NCBI GenBank assembly: GCA_905202605.1
Contig: CAJKSU010000001.1
Location: forward strand, 1 to 47,745
Length of the DNA stretch: 47,745 nt
Reading direction: 5' to 3'
DNA from: an uncultured Eubacteriales bacterium
GTDB taxonomy: Bacteria; Bacillota; Clostridia; Oscillospirales; Oscillospiraceae
The position numbers and the translations under genes were made by a program. The notes under the pieces were generated by a model. The model did no database searches. It was not told the DNA's origin and saw nothing but the letters and a program-made list of their open reading frames with translations. How positions within the stretch are numbered: position 1 is the first letter of the stretch; every line of letters starts with the position of its first letter. This document shows, in pieces, positions 25,354-34,737 of the stretch.

Positions 25354-27321
25354 TTAGAATCCGGGAGGAGGTCCACCGGGACCGCCGCCAAAGCCGCCGC
25401 CAAAGCCACCGAATCCGCCGGAACCGAGGGCGGTGATGGTATCGGTCAGCTCTGCGTCTGCGGACGTATCCCCGCAGGTAAGGGTGTAGGTTTCGCCCAC
25501 CTGCATATCGGGGGTGGAAATGACGATGCTGCTAAAGCTCTTTGCCATCTCCGCCTCAAACAGTACCGTACCGCTGGCGTCAGTGAGGGCGACGGTTGTG
25601 CCGCCCTGAATGGTTTCGCCCAGATTGTAGAGCAGGGAGCACTGGGTGGAGGAGCTGTCAAGGTTCTGAGCCATGCCGGATGCACCGCAGGCAATCAGCG
25701 TGCCTCCGGTAATTTGACCGGTGGTGGTGTAGTCCAGCGCACCGTTCATGGAGTCCTCCGGGCCGGAGACAATGACCGTGCCGCCCTGCATAAAGAATGC
25801 GCCGTTGGAATCGAGACCATCGCCCCCCGCATCCACATTCAATGTGCCGCCGGTGATTAGAATGTAATAGCTGGCATCCTCCAATGTTTCAGCGGTTCCT
25901 TCACCGCCCGGAGGACCCATGAATTCAAAATCAGTGTCAGCGGAGCTGCCGCCTGCGGCATTCAGGCCGTCGTCAGAGGCCACCAGAGTGATATCGCCGC
26001 CGGAAATGGTGATAAATACTGCCTCCAGTCCCTCGTAGCTCTGGGTAATGTCAATGGTGCCGCCGGAGATGTCCAGCGTATCGTCGGAATGAATGCCGTC
26101 ATCGCCGGAGGCAATGGTCAGCTTCGCTTCATCGGAGATGGTCAATTTGCCCGTGCAGTGCAGCCCGTCGTCCATGCAATCCAGCGTGACGCTGTCGCCG
26201 GAGATGGTCATATCGCCGCCGGACTTGAGACCCTTGGCGCTGGAGGAGGTTTCCTCAGAGGAATCCTCCTGTGTGTCGAACCAGCCGGGGAAGCCGAATC
26301 CCTCCACATGCTCTGGGGCATTGGCGGCGCCGCCGCCGGTGACCGCAGAAATGCTGCCGGACAGCAGTGTGAGGTCGGTGCCGGACTGAATGCCGTCGCA
26401 CTGGGCGGTGATGTCTAGGGTGGGGGCGGCACTGCCGTCCTCACTGCCGAGGGTGACAGAGGTTCCGGCATGCAGACCGTCCTCCTGAACATCGATGGTC
26501 AGACTGCCGTCCAGAATGGACAACGCGGTTTCCGACTTGATGCCGTGCTTTCCGGCGGTGATGGAGACGGTACCGTATTCTATGGTGACAGTACCCAGTG
26601 AAGCGTCCGTGCTGTTGCTGGACTGAATGCCGTCTTCTCCAGCGGTGATGCTCAGGGTGATGGCAGCGCCGGAAATCAGTACGCTGTCCTTGCCTTTGAT
26701 GCCGTCCCCGGCAGAGAGCACTTCATAGGTGCCGCTGTCGTAGAAAAACAGGGAATCCTTACTGTGGATGGCCATATCATAATTGCCCTCCACGGTCAGC
26801 TTACCGTCACCGGAGAAGCTCAGGTCGGCCTTGGAGAAAATCGCTGCATCCGGCTCATCCTCGCCCTCCTCCAGTACATAGCCATCGCTGTCGGAGACAT
26901 AGTTTTCCGTGCCGCTCGCGGCGTAAATATTTACGGAAGCTGCTTCTTTGACATAAATGGGGGCGCTGGTGGAGCAGGAAATGGAAGCGCCGGAGAGGAT
27001 CAGCGTAATGTCCGCGTTCTTGTCCGCATCCACGATGATCTGCCCATCGGAAAGGGTGCCGGTGATCTCATAGCTGCCGCTCTTTGTAATGGTGACAGCG
27101 GCATCGTCGGCCTTGACTCCGCTGCCGCTGAGCTTCACGCCGTCATCACTGAGGGTGATCTGAGCGGAAACGGCGTTCACTGCGGCGGATTCCGTCTCTG
27201 CGCTGCTGGCGGCCTCTGCTGCGGTGGGAGCCGCCTCAGCGGCAGAGGACTGCTGCGGTGCGCCGCATGCGCTCAGCAGCATCAGACCGGAAAGCAGCAG
27301 AGCCAGTTTCTTATTTGTCAT
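25354..27321 (-). CDS. Cthe_2159-family carbohydrate-binding beta-helix lipoprotein
   Basis: Lipobox LLSACG after MTNKKLALLLSGLM (start 27321). Reiterated beta-helix repeats with family-typical strings (SDGQIIVDA, SAPIYVKEA, DAAIFSKADL, DGIKGKDSV, DGIHSDD). C-terminal tail is GGFGGFGGGFGGGPGGPPPGF. Confidence 0.8.
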   Translation of the reverse strand: MTNKKLALLLSGLMLLSACGAPQQSSAAEAAPTAAEAASSAETESAAVNAVSAQITLSDDGVKLSGSGVKADDAAVTITKSGSYEITGTLSDGQIIVDADKNADITLILSGASISCSTSAPIYVKEAASVNIYAASGTENYVSDSDGYVLEEGEDEPDAAIFSKADLSFSGDGKLTVEGNYDMAIHSKDSLFFYDSGTYEVLSAGDGIKGKDSVLISGAAITLSITAGEDGIQSSNSTDASLGTVTIEYGTVSITAGKHGIKSETALSILDGSLTIDVQEDGLHAGTSVTLGSEDGSAAPTLDITAQCDGIQSGTDLTLLSGSISAVTGGGAANAPEHVEGFGFPGWFDTQEDSSEETSSSAKGLKSGGDMTISGDSVTLDCMDDGLHCTGKLTISDEAKLTIASGDDGIHSDDTLDISGGTIDITQSYEGLEAVFITISGGDITLVASDDGLNAAGGSSADTDFEFMGPPGGEGTAETLEDASYYILITGGTLNVDAGGDGLDSNGAFFMQGGTVIVSGPEDSMNGALDYTTTGQITGGTLIACGASGMAQNLDSSSTQCSLLYNLGETIQGGTTVALTDASGTVLFEAEMAKSFSSIVISTPDMQVGETYTLTCGDTSADAELTDTITALGSGGFGGFGGGFGGGPGGPPPGF

Positions 27322-27559
27322 AGTAACACATCCAATCTTCCGGCGTTCGCCGGGGAAGCTGCGGGGAGTTCCGCAAAACTTTACGTCATTATAGCATGGA
27401 TTTTCCAAATAAAAAGGCAGTTCGCCGTATCTCCGCGGAAAATTAACCATTCGGAAACAAATCCAACATACCTGTGCGGCACAATGACAGGAAAACACTG
27501 CGCATAGCTGAAATTCCGCTATTTCCCGAACGCAGGGGGTTTCCCGGACTTCAAAAGTG

Positions 27560-27568
27560 TGGTATAAT
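27560..27568 (+). promoter_or_regulatory. Extended -10 element (TGgTATAAT) upstream of the U32 gene
   Basis: TGGTATAAT at 27560-27568. The -35 is poor. Confidence 0.4.
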
Positions 27569-27635
27569 ATAAATTCACAATAGAAATACTGCGCCCTGAC
27601 GGCAGTTTTCGGGCGCTTTCAGTGAGGAACGAGAT

Positions 27636-29720
27636 ATGCTAGAAGTATTATCCCCTGCCGGTTCCAGCGATGCGCTGGTGGCGGCGGTACAAAATGGCGC
27701 GGACGCCGTATATTTGGGCTGCGGCAGCTTTAATGCCCGCATGAATGCCAAAAACTTTACGATCGAGCAGCTGCGGCAGTGGGTCAGCTATTGCCACCTG
27801 CGGGGCGTAAAGGTCTACCTGACGCTCAATACGCTGGTGCTGGATCGGGAACTGAAAAACGCTGCTGCGGAAATTCTGGAGGCCTCCAGAGCCGGGGTGG
27901 ACGCGATTCTGGTGCAGGATCTTGGGGTATGTCAGCTGGTAAAGAGCCTTGCGCCCGATGTCCCCATCCATGCCAGTACCCAGATGGCGGTGCATAATCT
28001 GGACGGCGTACTCCGGGCGGCGGAGATGGGGATCACCCGCGTGGTGCTGGCAAGAGAGCTGAGCCACGATCAGATCGCGTATATCTGCAAAAACAGCCCC
28101 ATTGAGATCGAGGTGTTCGTCCACGGCGCACTTTGCATGTGCTATTCCGGGCAGTGCTATCTTTCCGCCATGATCGGGCGGCGCAGCGGCAACCGGGGGC
28201 AGTGCGCCCAGCCCTGCCGGCTCAACTACGGCTATGACCGGGAGGAAAACCGCTATCCCCTGAGCCTCAAGGACAACTGTCTGGTGGGCTATCTCCGGCA
28301 GCTGGAGGAAATGGGCGTAGCCTGCGTAAAGATCGAAGGACGCATGAAGCGGGCGGAATACGTTGCCATTGCCACAAAAATCTATAAGGATGCGGCGCTG
28401 GGCAGACCGGTTACGCCTCAGGCTTTAAAGGAACTGGAAAAGGTCTTTTCCCGTCAGGGCTTTACCGACGGCTACTATGCCGGGCAGAAGGGGACGCATA
28501 TGTTCGGCACCCGGCAGGAGGAAGCGCCGGACCGCAGCCTGATGGCGCGAGCCAGAGCCACCTATGAAAACGCAGAGACACAGCGGGTTCCGGTGGGCTT
28601 CCGGATTCAGCTGTATCCCGGCATGGAGTCGGTGCTGCATGTCTGGGATCATGACGGGCATGCTCTGACGGTACAGGGGCCGATGCCGGAGCTGGCAAGG
28701 ACTGTGCCGCTGACTCAGGAGGCGCTGCGGCAGCGCCTTGGAAAAACCGGCGGCACGCCCTATTACCTCGAAGAATTGCAGGTAGAGCTGACACCGGGAC
28801 TGACATTGTCGGCGTCGGCAATCAACGGCCTGCGGCGGGACGCGCTGTCCATGCTCTCTGCGGTGCGGGGGCAGGTTCCAACCCGGCGGGAAGGGACGCT
28901 GACGCTTCCTCAGGTGTATCGCGGCAGCCGGTCGACGCCGGTATACACCGTGGAGATCCAGTCCTTTTCACAGATTACAAAGGGCATGATCGCACTGAAG
29001 CCGCATACAGTCTACGTGCCGCTGCACCTGCTGAATCCTTCGGATCCCATGGCGCAGGCGGTGTGCGGGGCGTTCCGGGTCTGTGCGGTGCTGCCCAGAG
29101 TAATCTGGGATCGGGAATGGCCTCAGGTGCTGACCCGGCTTTCTCAGGCACGGCTGCTGGGGGTCGATGAGGTACTGGCGGGGAATATCGGTATGATCGA
29201 TCCGGTGCAGCGGGCCGGATTTCAGGTGCGGGGCGATTTTGGGCTGAACGTGTTCAATTCCGGCAGCGCCAACTGGTATGCTGCCATGGGGCTGACCGGG
29301 CTGACGGCGTCCTTTGAGCTGACGCTGCCCCAGATCCGGGATATTTCCAAGCCGATTCCCATGGAGATGATCGCCTACGGCAGACTGCCGCTGATGATCA
29401 CGGAGAACTGCATCATCCACGGGCGGGCGGGAACCTGCATCTGCGGCAGCACCAAGACCAATCTGGTGGATCGCACCGGCAGCCGCTTCCCGGTGCTGCG
29501 GGACGGTGATACTTGCCGCAGTCAGCTTTATAACAGCAAACGACTCTATTGGGGTGATAAGCTCTCCTCCCTGAGGGGACTGGGGCTGTGGGCGCTGCGG
29601 CTGAGCTTTACCACGGAAACACCACAGCAGGTGGATGCCGTTCTGGCGGACTATCATGGCGGCGGGAGCTTTGACCCCGGCGTGTCCACCCGAGGACTGT
29701 ATGTCCGGGGCGTAGAATAA
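27636..29720 (+). CDS. Peptidase U32 family protein (long form with C-terminal extension)
   Basis: N-terminus MLEVLSPAGS...AVQNGADAVYLG and a conserved Cys-rich core (HGALCMCYSGQCYLS...RSGNRGQCAQPCR). Confidence 0.88.
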   Translation: MLEVLSPAGSSDALVAAVQNGADAVYLGCGSFNARMNAKNFTIEQLRQWVSYCHLRGVKVYLTLNTLVLDRELKNAAAEILEASRAGVDAILVQDLGVCQLVKSLAPDVPIHASTQMAVHNLDGVLRAAEMGITRVVLARELSHDQIAYICKNSPIEIEVFVHGALCMCYSGQCYLSAMIGRRSGNRGQCAQPCRLNYGYDREENRYPLSLKDNCLVGYLRQLEEMGVACVKIEGRMKRAEYVAIATKIYKDAALGRPVTPQALKELEKVFSRQGFTDGYYAGQKGTHMFGTRQEEAPDRSLMARARATYENAETQRVPVGFRIQLYPGMESVLHVWDHDGHALTVQGPMPELARTVPLTQEALRQRLGKTGGTPYYLEELQVELTPGLTLSASAINGLRRDALSMLSAVRGQVPTRREGTLTLPQVYRGSRSTPVYTVEIQSFSQITKGMIALKPHTVYVPLHLLNPSDPMAQAVCGAFRVCAVLPRVIWDREWPQVLTRLSQARLLGVDEVLAGNIGMIDPVQRAGFQVRGDFGLNVFNSGSANWYAAMGLTGLTASFELTLPQIRDISKPIPMEMIAYGRLPLMITENCIIHGRAGTCICGSTKTNLVDRTGSRFPVLRDGDTCRSQLYNSKRLYWGDKLSSLRGLGLWALRLSFTTETPQQVDAVLADYHGGGSFDPGVSTRGLYVRGVE

Positions 29721-29754
29721 ACGACAATGAATGAATGGATGGAGGATGTCCAAT

Positions 29755-30336
29755 ATGAAACTGATTTTAGCTTCCGGCTCGCCCCGTCGGGCGGAGCTGC
29801 TGGAGAAGATGGGGCTGACCTTTCAGGTGGAGCCCTCCAATACAGATGAAACTCTGAAGCCGGGTCTGACGCCCCAGCAGGAGGTGGTACACCTTTCTCT
29901 GGGAAAGGCGAAGGCGGTGGCAGCGGGGCATTCGGAGCCTGCTGTTGTGCTGTCCGCAGATACCGTGGTGGAGCTGGACGGGAAAATTCTGGGCAAGCCC
30001 CACAGTGAGGCGGAGGCGGCGGAAATGCTCCGCGCCCTCAGCGGCAGAAGCCATCGGGTACTCACCGGTGTTACCGTAATGGGATCGGAGGGAACCATGA
30101 CCCACTGCGAGGAGACGGAGGTATATTTTCGGCCTCTTACTGAGGAAGAAATTCAGTGGTATGTGGGGACTGGAGAGCCCATGGACAAGGCGGGGGCCTA
30201 TGGCATTCAGGGCTACGCCGCCATGTTTATCGAAAAGATCCACGGTGACTACTACAATGTGATGGGTCTTCCGGTGTGCCGGGTGGGGCTGATGCTCCGT
30301 CAGGCGGGAATTCCGCTGCTGGGGGCTGAGGCATGA
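29755..30336 (+). CDS. maf: Maf-like nucleoside triphosphate pyrophosphatase
   Basis: MKLILASGSPRRAELL N-terminus, and AGAYGIQG motif. GGAGGA RBS before ATG 29755. Confidence 0.92.
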   Translation: MKLILASGSPRRAELLEKMGLTFQVEPSNTDETLKPGLTPQQEVVHLSLGKAKAVAAGHSEPAVVLSADTVVELDGKILGKPHSEAEAAEMLRALSGRSHRVLTGVTVMGSEGTMTHCEETEVYFRPLTEEEIQWYVGTGEPMDKAGAYGIQGYAAMFIEKIHGDYYNVMGLPVCRVGLMLRQAGIPLLGAEA

Positions 30337-31175
30337 AGAAGTTTTTCACCACACGGAACCGCGTGGTGCTGGTGCTTGCCGCGCTGGCGGCGCTGATTAC
30401 CATTGGCAGCATGTTCCTGTGGCCGGGAAAAGCCGGGGCGTTCAACAATGCGGTATCCCTTGTGGTCAACCCGGTGAAGAACGGCGTGACGCTGCTGGTC
30501 AATAAGGCCGAGCGGCTGTATGATTACCTGTTTGGGTATGAGCTGCTTCAGGCGCAGAATGAGCAGCTTCAGGAGGAACTGGCGAATATGAATCAGGACA
30601 TCCGGGATGCTCAGACCTATAAGGCGGAAAATGAGCGGCTGAGAAGTCTGGAAAACCTGACGGATAAGCATACAGACTACCAGCTGGAGATTGCCAATGT
30701 GGTATCCTGGGGCGGCAGCGGCTATGGCAGTACCATGACCATCTCCCAAGGCTCCTCGGTGGGGCTGGATACCGGCATGTGCGTGATTACAGAAACCGGG
30801 CAGGTTATCGGGATCATCACCGAGGTGGGAACCAACTGGGCCACGGTGACCACGATCCTCGACACCACCTCGGAAATCGGCGCGTATATTTTCGGCAGCG
30901 GCTACAGCTGCATTGCTCAGGGCGATTTTACGCTGATGAAGGAGGGAAACCTGCGTGCCAGCTATCTCAGCTCCTCGGCAACCATTCGGAACTCGGATCA
31001 GCTGCTGACCTCCGGTGACGGTGATATTTATCCTCCCGGACTGGTGATCGGCACGGTGACCGATGTGGGTGACGATGAAACAAACGTTGCCAAGTACGCA
31101 GTCATTACGCCCACGGTGGAAATTGACAAAGTCGAGCAGGTGTTCGTCATCAAGTCCTATGATATCAAGGACTGA
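30333..31175 (+). CDS. mreC: Rod shape-determining protein MreC
   Basis: N-terminal TM, a coiled coil (LQAQNEQLQEELANM) and a C-terminal beta-barrel region (SGDGDIYPPGLVIGTV). Precedes mreD. Confidence 0.9.
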   Translation: MKKFFTTRNRVVLVLAALAALITIGSMFLWPGKAGAFNNAVSLVVNPVKNGVTLLVNKAERLYDYLFGYELLQAQNEQLQEELANMNQDIRDAQTYKAENERLRSLENLTDKHTDYQLEIANVVSWGGSGYGSTMTISQGSSVGLDTGMCVITETGQVIGIITEVGTNWATVTTILDTTSEIGAYIFGSGYSCIAQGDFTLMKEGNLRASYLSSSATIRNSDQLLTSGDGDIYPPGLVIGTVTDVGDDETNVAKYAVITPTVEIDKVEQVFVIKSYDIKD

Positions 31176-31192
31176 GGGGAGGCGGCAGACTT

Positions 31193-31705
31193 ATGCCAAG
31201 TAAATGGCAGTTTCGTATGAAAATGACCCTGTACGCAGCAGTTCTGTTGGCGGCGCTTCTTTTGGATGAGGCAGTGTTCAGCGCGCTGGCGCTCTGGTTT
31301 CGGCCCTGCGTGATGCCCGTTGCCGTGGCCTGTATCGGCTTGTGGGAGGGTACCGAAAAGGGGAGCATCTTCGGACTGGCGGGCGGCTGCCTTTGGGCAT
31401 GGAGCGGGCCGCTTTCTATTCTGGGGGCGTGGCATATTGTTGCATTGACACTGGTGGGCTTTGGCTGCGGCCTGCTGGCACAGCGGTTCCTGCTCCAGAG
31501 CTGGAAAACGATTTTTAGTGTCAGCGTTCCTGCTGTGATTCTGACAGAGGGACTTTATGTCCTTGCCCGGATTTCCTCCGGGACATTGCCCGGCATGGTG
31601 CTGATTACGGACTTTGTGCCGGAATGCCTGCTGTCTGCGGCCTTTTGTCTGATTTTTTATCCCGTTACACAGCATATTTCCCGGATTGGAGGATTCCATG
31701 GATAG
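31193..31705 (+). CDS. mreD: Rod shape-determining protein MreD
   Basis: 170-aa polytopic membrane protein in the conserved position between mreC and PBP2. Confidence 0.8.
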   Translation: MPSKWQFRMKMTLYAAVLLAALLLDEAVFSALALWFRPCVMPVAVACIGLWEGTEKGSIFGLAGGCLWAWSGPLSILGAWHIVALTLVGFGCGLLAQRFLLQSWKTIFSVSVPAVILTEGLYVLARISSGTLPGMVLITDFVPECLLSAAFCLIFYPVTQHISRIGGFHG

Positions 31706-33791
31706 AACCTATCGGTTTCGCAACGGCGTTATCGTTTTCCTGATTGTACTGGTGGCGGCGATCTATGCCATTCGTCTGTTTTCCATCCAGCTTACAAAGG
31801 AAGATGAAGCGTCCTACAGCAGCTCTAACACCACCACCTATACCCAGTATGTGTCGGCGGCACGGGGAGAGATTCTGGATCGGCACGGCAATGTGCTGGT
31901 GAGCAACCGGGCAACCTATAATGTGACGCTGCAAAGCTTCGTGCTGTTCAACTCCGACGATCCCAACGGGTATCTGCTCCTTTTGGCGCAGACCTGTATG
32001 AAAAACGGCATTGAGTATGAGGAGAATCTGCCGCTGTCCGATACCACACCCTATGTGTACACTACGGACGAGCTTTCTTCCACCGATCAGTATTATTTCC
32101 GCCGCTTTTTGCTGAATCGTGGCTGGGACGCGGATATGACGGCGGAGAATCTTGCAAAGAAGCTGAAGGATGCCTATCGCATTTCCGATGAATACACTGA
32201 GGAAGAGGCGCGGCTGATCATGGGGCTGCGCTATGAACTGGATCTTCCCAACTACGCCTACGCCGACACCTATACGCTGGTTGCGGATATTTCCGCCGAC
32301 CAGTTGGCAATTTTGAAGGAACTTGGCATTCCCGGCATGGATGTGGTCACCACAACGGTGCGGGAGGTCAACACCGGCTTTGCGGCGCAGATTTTGGGTC
32401 ATGTAGGCCTGATGGATTCAGAGGAGTATGAAAATACCTATAAAGATCAGGGCTATAGCATGAACGCCTCTGTGGGTAAGGATGGTATGGAGGCGGCCTT
32501 TGAGGAATATCTCCATGGCACTGACGGGCAGAAGGTGGTAACGGTCACCTCGGACGGCACAGTGGTGGATGAATACTGGGAGGTCGAGCCGAAAAGCGGC
32601 GCAAACGTTGTTACTACCATTGACATTGGCATGCAGGAGGTTGCGGAGAATTCTCTGGCGAAGTACGTACAGGCCATGAGCGAGCAGGGCAAGGCAAAGA
32701 ACGGAAACAGCACCACGGCACTCCATGGCTCCGATGCTAAATCCGGTGCAGTGGTGGCGATGAACGTCAACACCGGCGAGGTGCTCTGCGCCGCCAACTA
32801 TCCCACCTATGACCCCAGAGAATACGCAGAGAAGTATAACGAGCTGGCGGTAGCGGATGGAGATCCTCTGGCAAACCGCGCACTGAACTACGCACTGGCT
32901 CCCGGTTCTACGTTTAAGATGGTTACGGCGCTGGCGGCAATGCGGGACGGGGTAGATCCCGGCTTTACAGTCAACGACACGGGACAGTATACGAAATACT
33001 CTGAAGACGGCTTTACCGGTAAGTGCTGGATTTATACAGCGACAAACCCCATTGGTCACGGCGTATTGGACATGCGGGGCGCCTTGGCGAATTCCTGTAA
33101 CGTTTACTTCTACACGGTGGGCGATATGATGACCATTGACCAGATCGATGCGGTAGGCGAGGCCTTTGGCTTTGGGCAGCACAGTGGCTCGGAAATCGCT
33201 GACACGGAGGGAATTCTGGCCTCTGAGGCCAATAAGGAGAAGCTTTATACCGGACATGATGCCACATGGTTTAAGGCGGATACTCTGATGGCATCCATCG
33301 GTCAGTCCATCACCACGGCCACCCCCATTCAGCTCTGCCGCTATGTGGCGGCGCTGTCCACTGGCGGAATTCTTCATAACGCCACCTTCCTGCGACGGGC
33401 GGTATCCTCAGACTTCCAGACGCTGGTGACGGAAAATGATTTTACCCCTGCGGCAACGAATCTTATGAGCGACACGGAGTATCAGGTTATCAAGGAGGGC
33501 ATGGTACAGTGTGCAACGGAAGGAACCGCCAAGGGCTACTTTACGAATTTCGGCTACACGGTTGCCTGTAAAACCGGTACTGCGCAGCATGGTAACGGCG
33601 GCTCCGATAACGCATCCTTTGTATGCTGGGCGCCGGCGGATAATCCGGAGATTGCAGTTGCGGTTTATGTAGAGCACGGTGACACCGGCGGCTTTTTCTC
33701 GCAGGTAGCCAAGGATATTATGGAATATTACTTTGACAGCAAGGATCTGGCACAGGAGGTAGAGCCGGAGAATGCCCTGCTGGTAGATTGA
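31698..33791 (+). CDS. mrdA: Penicillin-binding protein 2 (peptidoglycan D,D-transpeptidase)
   Basis: Transpeptidase motifs STFK (PGSTFKMV), SCN (ANSCNVYF) and KTG (ACKTGTAQ). N-terminal TM. ATG 31698 after GGAGGA. Confidence 0.92.
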   Translation: MDRTYRFRNGVIVFLIVLVAAIYAIRLFSIQLTKEDEASYSSSNTTTYTQYVSAARGEILDRHGNVLVSNRATYNVTLQSFVLFNSDDPNGYLLLLAQTCMKNGIEYEENLPLSDTTPYVYTTDELSSTDQYYFRRFLLNRGWDADMTAENLAKKLKDAYRISDEYTEEEARLIMGLRYELDLPNYAYADTYTLVADISADQLAILKELGIPGMDVVTTTVREVNTGFAAQILGHVGLMDSEEYENTYKDQGYSMNASVGKDGMEAAFEEYLHGTDGQKVVTVTSDGTVVDEYWEVEPKSGANVVTTIDIGMQEVAENSLAKYVQAMSEQGKAKNGNSTTALHGSDAKSGAVVAMNVNTGEVLCAANYPTYDPREYAEKYNELAVADGDPLANRALNYALAPGSTFKMVTALAAMRDGVDPGFTVNDTGQYTKYSEDGFTGKCWIYTATNPIGHGVLDMRGALANSCNVYFYTVGDMMTIDQIDAVGEAFGFGQHSGSEIADTEGILASEANKEKLYTGHDATWFKADTLMASIGQSITTATPIQLCRYVAALSTGGILHNATFLRRAVSSDFQTLVTENDFTPAATNLMSDTEYQVIKEGMVQCATEGTAKGYFTNFGYTVACKTGTAQHGNGGSDNASFVCWAPADNPEIAVAVYVEHGDTGGFFSQVAKDIMEYYFDSKDLAQEVEPENALLVD

Positions 33792-33806
33792 CAGGAGGAA
33801 CGTGCT

Positions 33807-34733
33807 TTGACACTGGATTATATCACCCTGACGCCGGAGGAGTTGGGGAAGCTTCTGTCGGCGGGAAGCGGCGATGCGGCGATGGTATACCTCTATATGA
33901 AGTCTACCGGGGACATCACGCTAAAGCAGGCGGAGCAGCAGCTCCACATGACCAATCAGGCATTGGGGTGGGCGGAGAGCTTGCTCAAGCGGCTGGGGCT
34001 GATGGATGCGGTGGTGCCGAAGGAGCGGTTTGACCGCCAGCAGGCGCCGGTGTATACCGGGGAGGAGGTTACGGCCTTCTCTGCCAGAGACCCCAGCTTC
34101 CAGCTGCTGCAGGGAGAGGTCAGCCGCCGAATGGGGCGGGTGCTGACAACGGAGGAGCTGAAAATGCTGTTGTCCCTGCGGGATTATTTAAAGCTTCCGC
34201 CGGAGGTAATCAGCATGGCACTGACGCATTGTCTGCAAAAGCTGGAATACTATAATAAAACTAGCGGAAAAAACCGTACCATGACCATGCGGATGCTGGA
34301 GAAGGAATGCTATCAGTGGGCCAACAACGGCATCCAGACACTGGAGCAGGCCTCGGCCTATATTAGCCACAGTCTGGAGCTGCTGGCACCGGAGAGTCAG
34401 GTCAAAAAGGCCATGGGGCTGGACCGGGCGCTGGTGGATTCGGAGCGACAGTACATACATGCATGGCTGGATATGGGCTTTGACGTGGATGCCATCCGAC
34501 AGGCCTATGAGAAGACTGTATTGGCAACCGGCAAGCTGGCATGGCGGTATATGAATAAGATTCTGCTGAACTGGCACGAGAAGAACCTGCATTCCGGACG
34601 GCAGGTATCTGCGGAGGATCGGCAGCCACGGACGCAGCCAGTACAGCCGTCCAACAGCGGCTTTACCCCCGGTGCGGGCGAAAAGGCGGCGGTCAGCAAT
34701 TTGCAGCGATTCCGTGAGAGTTTGAAGGAGTGA
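33807..34733 (+). CDS. DnaD-domain replication initiation/helicase-loading protein (DnaB/DnaD-like)
   Basis: TTG start after AGGAGG. C-terminal DnaD-type repeats (CYQWANNGIQTLEQA; YMNKILLNWHEKNLHS). Followed by a DnaC/DnaI-like ATPase. Confidence 0.65.
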   Translation: MTLDYITLTPEELGKLLSAGSGDAAMVYLYMKSTGDITLKQAEQQLHMTNQALGWAESLLKRLGLMDAVVPKERFDRQQAPVYTGEEVTAFSARDPSFQLLQGEVSRRMGRVLTTEELKMLLSLRDYLKLPPEVISMALTHCLQKLEYYNKTSGKNRTMTMRMLEKECYQWANNGIQTLEQASAYISHSLELLAPESQVKKAMGLDRALVDSERQYIHAWLDMGFDVDAIRQAYEKTVLATGKLAWRYMNKILLNWHEKNLHSGRQVSAEDRQPRTQPVQPSNSGFTPGAGEKAAVSNLQRFRESLKE

Positions 34734-34737
34734 TCCC

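Noticed and set aside
27322-27498. N-terminal 59-codon extension of the beta-helix lipoprotein ORF; similar extensions at 16751-16867 (RpiR), 36039-36302 (PAP2), 17837-17857 and 1756-1806
   Set aside because: The internal ATG/GTG starts have proper RBSs and give canonical N-termini (lipobox signal peptides, HTH). The extensions overlap neighbouring genes or promoters.
27569-27635. Hairpin GCGCCCTGA...TTCGGGCGC followed by TTTC in the U32 gene leader, as a possible attenuator
   Set aside because: The stem is imperfect (7/9), the T-run is short, and there is no alternative antiterminator or leader peptide that I could see.
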